A stretch of DNA of 24,799 nt from an uncultured Pseudomonadota bacterium (GCA_963770835.1 CAVYRH010000024.1:1-24799); one strand, 5' to 3'. Counted from the stretch's first letter, positions 1-9,685 are shown. Notes: generated by a model from the letters alone, not told the origin. Program-made: numbers and translations.

Positions 1-48
1 CGCCTTGTAAGCGGCAGGTCACCGGTTCGATTCCGGTCGCCAGCTCCA
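1..48 (+). tRNA. tRNA-Thr(TGT), 5'-truncated by window edge
   Basis: Anticodon arm CGC-CTTGTAA-GCG, T-arm ACCGG-TTCGATT-CCGGT and encoded CCA end at 46-48; first tRNA of the classic thr-tyr-gly-thr-tuf cluster. Confidence 0.93.
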
Positions 49-90
49 TTTTTTTAGGGGGAAAAGACTCGGCTTTTCTTGAAAATTTGT

Positions 91-178
91 GGACAGGTGC
101 CCGAGTGGTCAATGGGAGCAGACTGTAAATCTGCCGGCCGACCGGCCTACGCAGGTTCGAATCCTGCCCTGTCCACCA
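91..178 (+). tRNA. tRNA-Tyr(GTA)
   Basis: Acceptor GGACAGG/CCTGTCC, anticodon arm GCAGA-CTGTAAA-TCTGC, long variable arm, T-loop TTCGAAT, ACCA end. Confidence 0.97.
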
Positions 179-270
179 TCCTTGGCTTTCTTGAATAGGA
201 ATCAGGTAAGCGAAGGATGTCCTTATCTTTACTCTAAAGTCGAAAACTGGGATACTTTTGGAAATTCGGT

Positions 271-345
271 GCGGGAGTAATTCAGTGGTAGAATGCCACC
301 CTTCCAAGGTGGACGTCGCCGGTTCGAATCCGGTCTCCCGCTCCA
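271..345 (+). tRNA. tRNA-Gly(TCC)
   Basis: Acceptor GCGGGAG/CTCCCGC, anticodon arm CCACC-CTTCCAA-GGTGG, T-loop TTCGAAT, TCCA end. Confidence 0.97.
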
Positions 346-416
346 TATAATCGAAAAAGAAGCCGCCCCGCTCACGAATCCCGCTATCGCTTCAGTTCAA
401 CTTGAGGAAAAAAGCA

Positions 417-2216
417 ATGCTGTCCGAAAAAGAAAAATTCGAAACTGACATTCCCGGCAACCCGAATCCGGTTACCGAAATGAACGAGTTCATGGATGAC
501 CGGGTGATCCTTTATGGCCACCCAGGGCTTTGCCGCACTCCAGAAGAGCTTCTTTCCAGCGACGGCTTCCAGCTGGTCCTGCAGCATTTCCTCAAGAAAA
601 TGACAGCCCAAGACTCCCCATTGTTAAACTGCCTTTCGTCCTTCAAGGCGGGCAATGGATACGACACCCGCAAATTGGCTGATTTCCTCAAAGACCTCTT
701 GGCGAAGGATGTTCATGAAACGAGCCACGCCGCGACGGATTTAGTTCTTTTGAAGGATTTCATCGAGGAACTTTACAGTTACTGGCGCCGCAGGGAAAGG
801 TTCGTGATTTTCGACCGGGACGTGGAGGACGGTGGAATCGACCTGAAGGAATATCACCCTATCTTCATCCGCGCCAATGAGGAATTTAAAAACCTGGTAT
901 TAGGCACCTACCGGCATATTTCCGCTCATGTGACAGGGGACTGGTTTAAGGTCTACCGACAACTGCCGGCAGGGGTGGGCGTCGGGCTTTTGGCGGAAAA
1001 AATTAATTGGAAATTTCCCTCTGAAACCTACCAAAAACTGAAAAACATCCCCTTTATCCGTTTGTCCCTCATTTACCCGCCGCTCATTTATTACACCAAG
1101 AGCAACAAGCGCAAAGGCAAGTTCAACTCCTTGACCAAAAACCCCATGGACTCGGTCAAGTTGGACTCCTCCCGTTGGCTTTGTTTTCCGGCCAAAATCG
1201 GAAGCTTACTTGTCTTCATTTATTTCCATAAAGATTTCGTTTCCCACTCGGCGGGGCTCTCAAACCTTTTTGAACTGGCCAGCGCCCAAGAAGTCGCCAA
1301 CCGCAAACCGGACGGCGTCATGTTGTTCGGAATTGATCCTGCCCTCATGGATAACCAATTAGTGGGATATTTTGAGGATAAGACTAACAATGTGGTTGTG
1401 GGGGCGGTAGCTTATCAGCTTCCCGACGTGGACTACTTCGGTTACTTCAAGAAAACCGCCTTAACCATCCATAACCTCATCATGATCGAGCGGGGAAACC
1501 TGCCCATCCACGGCGCCATGGCGAAGATCGACTTAAAATCGGGTAAGAGCGCCCAGGTCGTCATCGTGGGGGACTCCGGCGCAGGTAAATCCGAGTCCCT
1601 CGAAGCTTTTCGGGTTTTGGCTGACAAATATATCCGCCAATTGACAGTGGTTTTTGACGATATGGGTTCCCTCAGCATGACTCCGGAAGGCCAAGTGGTC
1701 GGCTGCGGCACGGAGATGGGCGCCTTTGTCCGTTTGGACGACTTGCATCCCGGTTATGCTTATACCGAAATCGACAGGTCCGCTTTCATGAACCCCCATA
1801 TGAGGAATGCCCGTTTGGTGATGCCGATCACAGAGTATCGGCACGTCATCGCCGGCTATCCGGTGGACCTGTTCTTGTACGCCAACAATTATGACAATGT
1901 GGATGACGAACACCCCGCCCTCGAAATCATGTCCGACATGAAACAAGCCCTGGAAGTTTTTTCCAGCGGGGCCCGGCTGGCCAAGGGGACGACGGATGAA
2001 AAGGGCCTTGTTCATACTTATTTCGCTAATCCTTTCGGTGCTCCCCAAAAAAAGAAGCAACATGAGGCCCTGGCAGAAAAGTTTGTCAACGCGCTGGTGA
2101 AAAACGGGAAAAAGGTCGGCCAATTACGGACCCGCCTGGGTATTTCCGGCTACGAAACCAAGGGGCCCGAGGAAGCGGCTCAGTCGCTTTTTCAATTCAT
2201 CACTGAAAATCTCTAA
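417..2216 (+). CDS. PEP carboxykinase-like P-loop protein (599 aa; atypical PEPCK family)
   Basis: ATG at 417 with GAGG 9 nt upstream. LPIHGAM, Walker A GDSGAGKS (1569-1592), FDDMG and GTEMGAFVRLDDL follow the order of the PEPCK/HPrK-type kinase fold motifs; FANPFG near the C-terminus. Confidence 0.7.
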   Translation: MLSEKEKFETDIPGNPNPVTEMNEFMDDRVILYGHPGLCRTPEELLSSDGFQLVLQHFLKKMTAQDSPLLNCLSSFKAGNGYDTRKLADFLKDLLAKDVHETSHAATDLVLLKDFIEELYSYWRRRERFVIFDRDVEDGGIDLKEYHPIFIRANEEFKNLVLGTYRHISAHVTGDWFKVYRQLPAGVGVGLLAEKINWKFPSETYQKLKNIPFIRLSLIYPPLIYYTKSNKRKGKFNSLTKNPMDSVKLDSSRWLCFPAKIGSLLVFIYFHKDFVSHSAGLSNLFELASAQEVANRKPDGVMLFGIDPALMDNQLVGYFEDKTNNVVVGAVAYQLPDVDYFGYFKKTALTIHNLIMIERGNLPIHGAMAKIDLKSGKSAQVVIVGDSGAGKSESLEAFRVLADKYIRQLTVVFDDMGSLSMTPEGQVVGCGTEMGAFVRLDDLHPGYAYTEIDRSAFMNPHMRNARLVMPITEYRHVIAGYPVDLFLYANNYDNVDDEHPALEIMSDMKQALEVFSSGARLAKGTTDEKGLVHTYFANPFGAPQKKKQHEALAEKFVNALVKNGKKVGQLRTRLGISGYETKGPEEAAQSLFQFITENL

Positions 2217-2318
2217 TATCCAACGAATGTCGTCCGTCAAGGTTGGCCGACTAAAAAAGTTTTTATTTTCCCCACAATCAAGAGGTGGTTGCTGCCGGAT
2301 GAAATTTTCGGAGGTTAT

Positions 2319-3727
2319 ATGAAATACCGCATCGAACATGACTCCATCGGTGAGTTGAAGGTTCCGGTGGAGGCTCTCTGGGGGGTTCAAACCCAACGCG
2401 CGGTCCAAAATTTCCCCATCAGCGGCATCAAGCCCCACAAAGTTTTCATCGAAGCCACAGTCCAGATCAAGAAGGCCGCCGCCCGGTTCCACTCCAAGGT
2501 GGGTGGCTGGATAAGAAAAAGGCTGGCGCCATCGTCAAAGCCGCCGACGAGATACTCAAACAAGGAAAATGGCTCGACCAATTCGTGGTGGACGTGTACC
2601 AAGCCGGAGCCGGTACCAGTCACAACATGAATACTAATGAAGTTTTGGCCAACCGGGCTATCGAAATCCTGGGCGGGAAACGGGGAGATTATAAAATCGT
2701 CCACCCTAACGACCACGTCAACATGGGCCAATCCACCAACGACGTGATTCCAACGGCCATCCGCCTCTCCGGCCTGCTGTTGGTCCGGGATTTCCTTCCG
2801 GTCTTGGACAGACTTTCAAAAACTTTCTTTAAAAAGGGGAAGGAATTCAAGTCGGTCTTCAAGTCCGGCCGCACCCATCTGCAGGACGCAGTTCCTATTT
2901 CGCTAGGCCAGGAATTTATGGCCTATGGCGAATGCCTCAAACGACACCACCGTCGGATTGCCGCGGCCGCCAAGGATATGGAGGAATTAGGGATCGGCGG
3001 TTCGGCCGCGGGTTCGGGCCTGAACACCCATAAGGATTATCCCAAGGCCATGGCTAAGCTCCTTTCGGAACAAACTGGTTTGAAGCTGTCGCCCCATCCC
3101 AACCTTTTCGAGGCAATGCAAAGCATGGCTCCGGTGGTTTCCGTTTCCAACTCTATCCGGAACCTGGCCCTGGATTTCATCCGGATCGCCAACGATTTTC
3201 GCTTAATGACCAGCGGGCCCACGACGGGTTTCGGCGAAATCCTGCTTCCCGTCATGCAGCCGGGCTCCTCCATCATGCCGGGGAAGGTGAATCCGGTCAT
3301 GGCCGAATGCTTCAACATGGTTTGCTTCCAGGTTTTGGGGTTTGACACCACCATCGCCATGGCAGCCCAAGCCGGCCAGATGGAATTGAACGTCATGATG
3401 CCTGTCATCGCCTACAACCAGAACCAAATGTTGGGTCTGGTCACCCGGATGCTAAGGATATTCGAGGAGAAATGCGTGAGTGGTATCAAGGCCGATAAAA
3501 AACGCTGTCTTTATTTCGCCGACATGAGCGTGCAAGTGGCGGCGGCTTTGAATCCGGTCATCGGTTATGAAAAAGCCGCGGAGGTGGTGAAGACGGCCTT
3601 GAAAGAAGGCAAAACCATCCGGCAGGTGGTGTTGGGGAAAAAACTGCTAACCGAGGAAAAATACAATCAAGCGGTAAGGATGGAAAAGATCGTGGACCCC
3701 CACGGCAGGAGCTTTAAGCGAAAATAG
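2319..3727 (+). pseudogene. aspA: Aspartate ammonia-lyase / class II fumarase family gene with one -1 frameshift at about 2501-2503 (pseudogene or sequencing error)
   Basis: GGAGG-ATG at 2319. N-terminus MKYRIEHDSIGELKVP..WGVQTQRA is in one frame; WLDKKKAGAIVKAADE..QAGAGTSHNMN..GRTHLQDA..GSSIMPGKVNPVMAE is in another. Adding one base restores a 469-aa ORF. KVNPV(M)AE is more aspartase-like than the FumC motif KVNPTQ. Confidence 0.8.
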
Positions 3728-3799
3728 TTTTCCAAAATACCGGGTCCGGTGCGGTGCGGCAAAAGCAGGGAAAATGGGCCGAAAAAAGGCCATTTCTCC

Positions 3800-3827
3800 T
3801 TGACAGGGGTACTTTCAAACGTAAAAT
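3800..3827 (+). promoter_or_regulatory. Sigma70-type promoter for tRNA-Thr(GGT)-tuf
   Basis: TTGACA (3800-3805), 16-nt spacer, TAAAAT (3822-3827), ending 22 nt before the tRNA. Confidence 0.75.
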
Positions 3828-3849
3828 ACCTTACTCTTGTACGATCCCC

Positions 3850-3925
<76 letters not shown>

Positions 3926-4051
3926 CCTTCGCTCCTAAAAAGGGCGATTCAATTGGGCGGAGGTTGTTCCCCGAGTCTTGGTCATGGGGACAAAAAATAA
4001 ACAGTTGCGGTTTGCGGTCCGGTTTCCGCTTTAAAAAAGGGAGGAACGAAA

Positions 4052-5242
<1,191 letters not shown>

Positions 5243-5286
5243 GGTTGTCCGAGTTCATAAAGAATTATTTGAGATCAAGGTAAACC

Positions 5287-5436
5287 ATGCGAGAACAAAT
5301 AACATTGGCGTGTTCGGAATGCAAACGCCGTAATTACCACAAAACGCGGGATAAGCGGAAGACGCCGGAAAAGCTGGAGGTCAAGAAGTACTGCCGGTGG
5401 TGCCGTAAACATACCACGCATAAGGAAACAAAATAA
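5287..5436 (+). CDS. rpmG: 50S ribosomal protein L33 (Zn-ribbon form), 49 aa; not in the ORF track
   Basis: Manual translation gives [49 protein letters not shown] with two CxxC pairs; canonical position between tuf and tRNA-Trp. Confidence 0.97.
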   Translation: MREQITLACSECKRRNYHKTRDKRKTPEKLEVKKYCRWCRKHTTHKETK

Positions 5437-5449
5437 GCTGATATTTATT

Positions 5450-5525
5450 AGGGCAGTAGCTCAAATGGTAGAGTGGTGGTCTCCAAAACCAGGCGTTGCA
5501 GGTTCGAGTCCTGCCTGCCCTGCCA
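5450..5525 (+). tRNA. tRNA-Trp(CCA) with G27:G43 mismatch (4-bp anticodon stem)
   Basis: Acceptor AGGGCAG/CTGCCCT, anticodon arm GTGGT-CTCCAAA-ACCAG, T-arm GCAGG-TTCGAGT-CCTGC, GCCA end. Confidence 0.96.
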
Positions 5526-5564
5526 TCCAAATAAAAGGTCATCGGATAAATTGAAGGGTGCGAA

Positions 5565-5768
5565 ATGTTCGAATTTATTAATAATTTTAAGACTTGGTTT
5601 GCGGAATCCAGATCTGAATTCAAGAAGATTTCCTGGCCGAGCCAGGATGAAATCAAGGGCTCCACGGTAGTCGTTTGCATGACCATTCTTTTTTTGATGA
5701 TCGTATTAGCGGGTTACGATAGCGTGATCGCGCCTTGTATCGACATGCTTCTCAAGGCTTCAAAGTAA
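5565..5768 (+). CDS. secE: Preprotein translocase subunit SecE
   Basis: EFKKISWPS motif followed by one hydrophobic helix; lies between tRNA-Trp and nusG. Confidence 0.95.
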   Translation: MFEFINNFKTWFAESRSEFKKISWPSQDEIKGSTVVVCMTILFLMIVLAGYDSVIAPCIDMLLKASK

Positions 5769-5797
5769 ATTAAAGCGAAAAAGAGGGATTCTTGCAA

Positions 5798-6328
5798 ATG
5801 TCCAAGCGCTGGTACGTGATCAACACTTATTCGGGGTACGAGGCCAAGGTGAAGACCAACCTGGAGAACCGGATCAAAAGCATGAAGATGGAGGACAAGA
5901 TCTTCCAGATCCTGATTCCCTCCGAAGAGGTGACCGAGACCCGGGCCGGCAAAAAACGGGTGACAAACAAGAAGTTTTTCCCCGGATATATCTTGGTGGA
6001 AATGGACATGGACGAGAATTCCTGGTCGGTTGTTCGTAACACGCCCAAAGTAACCAGTTTCGTGGGTTCGGGCAACAAGCCTATTCCCCTGCCGGATGAG
6101 GAAGTCACGGCCATTTTGGAACACATCGGCAAGCGCCGCGAGCGCCGGGCCATGAAGAGCCAATTTGAAAAGGGCGACTTGGTGAAAGTCATGGACGGGC
6201 CTTTCGCGAATTTCTCGGGATCAGTTGAGGAAATCAACCCCGAGCGGGAAAGGGTGAAGGTGATGGTGACCATTTTCGGGCGTCAGACGCCGGTGGAGTT
6301 GGAATTCCACCAGATCGAAAAAGAATAA
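5798..6328 (+). CDS. nusG: Transcription termination/antitermination factor NusG
   Basis: WYVINTYSGYE, FFPGYILVEM, KOW motif VKVMDGPFANFSG and IFGRQTPVEL; ATG at 5798 chosen over TTG at 5792. Confidence 0.98.
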   Translation: MSKRWYVINTYSGYEAKVKTNLENRIKSMKMEDKIFQILIPSEEVTETRAGKKRVTNKKFFPGYILVEMDMDENSWSVVRNTPKVTSFVGSGNKPIPLPDEEVTAILEHIGKRRERRAMKSQFEKGDLVKVMDGPFANFSGSVEEINPERERVKVMVTIFGRQTPVELEFHQIEKE

Positions 6329-6329
6329 A

Positions 6330-6364
6330 GTCAGTCGTCCGCTGTCAGCTATCGGCTGTCAGCC
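6330..6364. repeat. Five degenerate tandem heptamers (GTCAGTC GTCCGCT GTCAGCT ATCGGCT GTCAGCC)
   Basis: 7-nt periodicity read directly in the nusG-rplK spacer. Confidence 0.7.
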
Positions 6365-6396
6365 AATTTTGAAGGTGAAAGTCTAGGAGAGATGTA

Positions 6397-6822
6397 ATGG
6401 CAAAAGAATTAAACGCGATGGTAAAACTACAAATCCCGGCCGGCAAGGCCAATCCTGCCCCGCCGGTGGGGCCAGCTTTAGGGCAGCATGGCGTCAACAT
6501 CATGGAGTTTTGCAAGCAGTTCAACGCGGCGACCCAAAAGCAGGACGGTTTAATCATTCCAGTGGTCATTTCCATCTATAAAGACCGCTCCTTCTCTTTT
6601 ATCACTAAGACGCCCCCGGCGTCGGTGCTGTTGTTGAAGGCGGCGGGTTTGGCCAAGGGCTCGCCCGTACCCAACAAGCAAAAGGTGGCCAAGGTCACCA
6701 TGAAGCAGGTTGAGGAAATCGCGAAGACCAAAATGCCAGATTTAAACGCGCAAAAGCTGGATTCCGCCATTCGCATGGTGGAAGGTACGGCTCGCAGTAT
6801 GGGAATCGAAATTCAAAAGTAA
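6397..6822 (+). CDS. rplK: 50S ribosomal protein L11
   Basis: [26 protein letters not shown] and GTARSMG motifs. Confidence 0.99.
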   Translation: MAKELNAMVKLQIPAGKANPAPPVGPALGQHGVNIMEFCKQFNAATQKQDGLIIPVVISIYKDRSFSFITKTPPASVLLLKAAGLAKGSPVPNKQKVAKVTMKQVEEIAKTKMPDLNAQKLDSAIRMVEGTARSMGIEIQK

Positions 6823-6847
6823 CTGAGGTTACTTTGAAAAAATAACT

Positions 6848-6885
6848 GTGGGAGCTTTGCCTTGAGGGCGGGGCGGTTGGACCAC
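6848..6885 (+). promoter_or_regulatory. Ribosomal protein L1 autoregulatory binding site upstream of rplA
   Basis: GTGGGAG...stem-loop...GACCAC immediately before the GGAGG RBS of rplA, matching the known rRNA-mimic L1 operator layout. Confidence 0.75.
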
Positions 6886-6897
6886 GGGAGGTAAAGC

Positions 6898-7608
6898 ATG
6901 GCTAAGAAGGCAAGTAAAAGGCATCGGAAAAACGTCGAGCTGGTGGATCGTACCAAGTCCTACATCTTGACCGACGCGGTTGGGATCCTCAAAAAAGCGG
7001 CTCCTGCCAAGTTTAATGAAACCGTCGAGCTCCACATCAAACTCGGCGTCGACCCCAAGAAAGCCGACCAACAGGTTCGCGGCACGGTTTCCTTGCCCCA
7101 TGGAACGGGTAAAACCTTGAAGGTGGCGGTTTTGGCAAAGGGCGAGAAGATTAAAGAGGCTGAGGCAGCCGGGGCCGATTACGCCGGAGACAATGAACTT
7201 ATCGAGAAGATCGCCGCCGGGTTCATGGATTTTGACATTCTCGTGGCGACCCCCGACATCATGAGGGAAACCGGTAAGTTGGGTAAGGTCCTGGGCCCCA
7301 AGGGCCTCATGCCGAACCCCAAGGCCGGAACCGTCACCCCCAACGTGGGCCAGGCGGTCAAGGAAATCAAGGCCGGTAAGATTGAATACCGTGTGGACGA
7401 CCAAGGCATTTGCCACGCCGGTGTGGGGAAAATAAAGTTCGATGAGAAACAAATCGTGGAAAACGCCCAGGCCCTGATCAAGACCTTGGTTTCGGTCAAA
7501 CCCGCGTCGGCCAAGGGAACCTACCTTATTTCGGCCCATTTGACGTCCAGCATGGGGCCCGGGATCAAGGTGGACACGGCGGAGTTTACAAAAACGACCG
7601 CCAAGTGA
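6898..7608 (+). CDS. rplA: 50S ribosomal protein L1
   Basis: [37 protein letters not shown] and SSMGPG motifs. Confidence 0.99.
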   Translation: MAKKASKRHRKNVELVDRTKSYILTDAVGILKKAAPAKFNETVELHIKLGVDPKKADQQVRGTVSLPHGTGKTLKVAVLAKGEKIKEAEAAGADYAGDNELIEKIAAGFMDFDILVATPDIMRETGKLGKVLGPKGLMPNPKAGTVTPNVGQAVKEIKAGKIEYRVDDQGICHAGVGKIKFDEKQIVENAQALIKTLVSVKPASAKGTYLISAHLTSSMGPGIKVDTAEFTKTTAK

Positions 7609-7655
7609 TATAGTTACCGCCCCCAGCCGGTTTATCCGGCTTGGGTCGAGTTGTA

Positions 7656-7718
7656 CGGTTGTCAAAGACAGCAGGCGCCCCGAAGGGGCTTAATGAATGC
7701 CTGCCGAGACGATCCGGA
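7656..7718 (+). ncRNA. L10 leader (rplJ-rplL autoregulatory RNA)
   Basis: AAGACAGCAGG..TTAA..CCTGCCGAGAC core closed by CGGTTGTC/GACGATCCG, directly upstream of rplJ. Confidence 0.85.
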
Positions 7719-7739
7719 AGATTAAGAGTATGTTCCATA

Positions 7740-7779
7740 CCCTTCATCCGGTCGTTTCGGGTGAGGGGTTTTTCTTTTT
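7740..7779 (+). terminator. Intrinsic terminator/attenuator in the rplJ leader
   Basis: CCTTCATCCG/CGGGTGAGGG stem followed by TTTTTCTTTTT. Confidence 0.75.
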
Positions 7780-7836
7780 ATCCAAAAGAAACCCTTTCCC
7801 CATATTCGAAGTTAAATCAGATAGGTGGTGATTTTT

Positions 7837-8382
7837 TTGACAGAAGATAAGAAACGCGAACCGAAACCTGAAAAGATCCAGGTGGTGGAGGATTTCTCCA
7901 AGCGGGTGCAAGCATCCAAGGCCGCCGTTGTGACCGGTTATTCCGGATTGACGGTGGAGGAAGTCACGGACCTGCGCGCCAAGCTTTTTCACGCCAAGGT
8001 GGAATACCACGTGGTGAAAAACAACCTGGCCCGGATCGCCTTAAACAAGTGCAATATCACGGTTTTGGACGACCTCTTGACGGGCCCCACGGCCATCGCT
8101 TTGGCGATGGAAGACGCGGTCGCCCCGGCAAGGGTGCTCACTAAATTCGCCAAGGACCACGAGAAATTGTCGGTCAAGGGCGGATGGATGGACGGCCGTA
8201 AGATCACGGTACAGGACATTAAAGCCCTGTCGAATCTTCCGAGCCGCGAAGTCCTCCTGGCGAAAGCCTTGGGCAGCATGAAGTCGCCCATCTCCGGAAT
8301 CGTCCAGGTTTTGGCGGGACCCGCGCGAAAGCTGGTCTACGCCTTGAACGCAGTGGCCCAGGCCAAGGAAAAGACGGCCTGA
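7837..8382 (+). CDS. rplJ: 50S ribosomal protein L10
   Basis: YSGLTVEEVTDLR, VVKNNLA, LTGPTAIA and LPSREVLLA motifs; TTG at 7837 sits just downstream of an AGGTGGTG RBS. Confidence 0.97.
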   Translation: MTEDKKREPKPEKIQVVEDFSKRVQASKAAVVTGYSGLTVEEVTDLRAKLFHAKVEYHVVKNNLARIALNKCNITVLDDLLTGPTAIALAMEDAVAPARVLTKFAKDHEKLSVKGGWMDGRKITVQDIKALSNLPSREVLLAKALGSMKSPISGIVQVLAGPARKLVYALNAVAQAKEKTA

Positions 8383-8446
8383 TTTTTATTCACCCTCTCT
8401 GGCCTTTGGCCGGATACAAGAAAATTCAATTTGGAGGAAGTTTTAA

Positions 8447-8830
8447 ATGCCTACTTTAACGAAAGACGAGTTTATCACCGCCATCGAGCAGATGAGCGTG
8501 CTGGAGTTGAACGAGCTGGTGAAGGCCCTCGAGACCAAGTTCGGCGTGTCGGCTGCGGCCCCTGTGGCCGTCGCCGCCGCTGGTGGAGCCGCCGGTGCGG
8601 CCGCCGCCGAGGAAAAGACCGCATTCGACGTGAACCTCAAGACGGTCGATGCCGCCAAGAAGATCAACGTCATCAAGGTCGTCCGGGAAGTCACCGGACT
8701 GGGCTTGAAGGAAGCCAAGGACCTGGTCGACGGCGCGCCGAAGCCCATCAAGACCGGCGTTTCCAAGGCCGAGGCCGATGGCATCGTCGCCAAGTTCAAG
8801 GATTCAGGCGCCGAAGTCGAAATCAAGTAA
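8447..8830 (+). CDS. rplL: 50S ribosomal protein L7/L12
   Basis: [10 protein letters not shown] hinge and [35 protein letters not shown]. Confidence 0.99.
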   Translation: MPTLTKDEFITAIEQMSVLELNELVKALETKFGVSAAAPVAVAAAGGAAGAAAAEEKTAFDVNLKTVDAAKKINVIKVVREVTGLGLKEAKDLVDGAPKPIKTGVSKAEADGIVAKFKDSGAEVEIK

Positions 8831-8840
8831 AAAACTTTTT

Positions 8841-8882
8841 AAAGCCCTGTTCCGCGCAAGCGGGACAGGGCTTTTTTATTTT
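8841..8882 (+). terminator. Intrinsic terminator after rplL
   Basis: AAAGCCCTGTTCCGC-GCAA-GCGGGACAGGGCTTT followed by a T-tract; GNRA loop. Confidence 0.9.
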
Positions 8883-9135
8883 CTGCCCGGGTTCAAGGGG
8901 GCTCGGCTCCCTTCAAACATAATTTTTTACGGAGAAACGTAGGGGGCTTTTCCCCTACGAGCGAAGCTGGGGGGATGGGGGGACAAGGGGGAGATGTTCC
9001 CTTATGAGCGCAGCGGGGCAGGGCTTTTTTGTTTTCTGCCCCCGGGTTCAAAGGGGCTTGGCCCCTTTGGAATTTGAAGGGGTACATAGGGGGATGTTCC
9101 CTTATGAGCGCAGCGGGGCAGGGCTTTTTTATTTT
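8869..9135. repeat. Three 14-nt direct repeats flanking two related hairpin-rich units (MITE/REP-like)
   Basis: GGCTTTTTTRTTTT at 8869-8882, 9022-9035 and 9122-9135. Units 8883-9021 and 9036-9121 both start CTGCCC and end GGGCAG. 8993-9030 and 9093-9130 are identical over 38 nt. Confidence 0.85.
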
Positions 9136-9193
9136 GAGGGGCTTGTCAAACAAGGTAACATAGGCCACTCTTAACAGAAAAGGAGTGGGCTTT

Positions 9194-9685
9194 ATGGCGG
9201 ATGCCCTCTTGGAACAGTTCCGAAAAAATTTCGAATATAATTATTGGGCCAACGACAAGTTCATGAAAGCCCTCCAGGAAATGGCACAGCCGCCGGAAAA
9301 AGCGGTTAAGCTCATGGCCCATATTCTTTTTGCCCTGGATGTCTGGCTTGCCCGTTTGATGAAAGAGGACTTGTCGGGATATACCAATCCCAATCCTTCT
9401 TATTCCCCGGCGGAATGCCGGCAAAAATTGGATGAGCTTGATGCGAAGTGGAGAGGGTACCTGACCGCTCTGAAGCCGGAAGGCATCGAGGAAAAGACCC
9501 GCTATACCAACACGCAGGGAAAGCCTTTTGAAATGATCTCCCGGAACATCTTGGTGCATGTGGTCAACCATTCCCATTACCACCGGGGACAACTGGCTAC
9601 ATTGGTCGCCCAGAATGGCGGGACTCGTCCGACTACGGATTACAGCGCTTATGTCTTTGAAATCGGGGAAGCTAAAAGTTTGTAA
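9194..9685 (+). CDS. DinB/YfiT-family putative metalloenzyme (four-helix bundle)
   Basis: YNYWAN, LMAHI and HVVNHSHYHRGQ His motifs; AAGGAG RBS before ATG 9194. This is not DNA polymerase IV. Confidence 0.9.
   Translation: MADALLEQFRKNFEYNYWANDKFMKALQEMAQPPEKAVKLMAHILFALDVWLARLMKEDLSGYTNPNPSYSPAECRQKLDELDAKWRGYLTALKPEGIEEKTRYTNTQGKPFEMISRNILVHVVNHSHYHRGQLATLVAQNGGTRPTTDYSAYVFEIGEAKSL

Noticed and set aside
89..280. Short ORFs over tRNAs (89-280, 3754-4215, 5473-5670)
   Set aside because: They are translations of tRNA genes and spacers.
2495..2525. Programmed ribosomal frameshifting in aspA or the intron RT
   Set aside because: No canonical slippery heptamer with a stimulatory structure at either site; single homopolymer indels explain both.
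320..3849. Integrative element at tRNA-Gly
   Set aside because: No duplicated tRNA-Gly 3' end was found before tRNA-Thr(GGT), there is no integrase, and the cargo is metabolic.
5450..5525. UGA-to-Trp genetic code reassignment
   Set aside because: TGA terminates many conserved genes at their expected ends, no in-frame TGA interrupts an intact gene, and Trp is encoded by TGG.
8869..9135. CRISPR array
   Set aside because: Only 2-3 repeat copies with unequal periods (153 and 100 nt), the intervening sequences are related to each other, and there are no cas genes in the window.
9194..9685. DNA polymerase IV (dinB)
   Set aside because: Name clash only: this is a 163-aa His-motif helical DinB/YfiT protein with no Y-family polymerase motifs.
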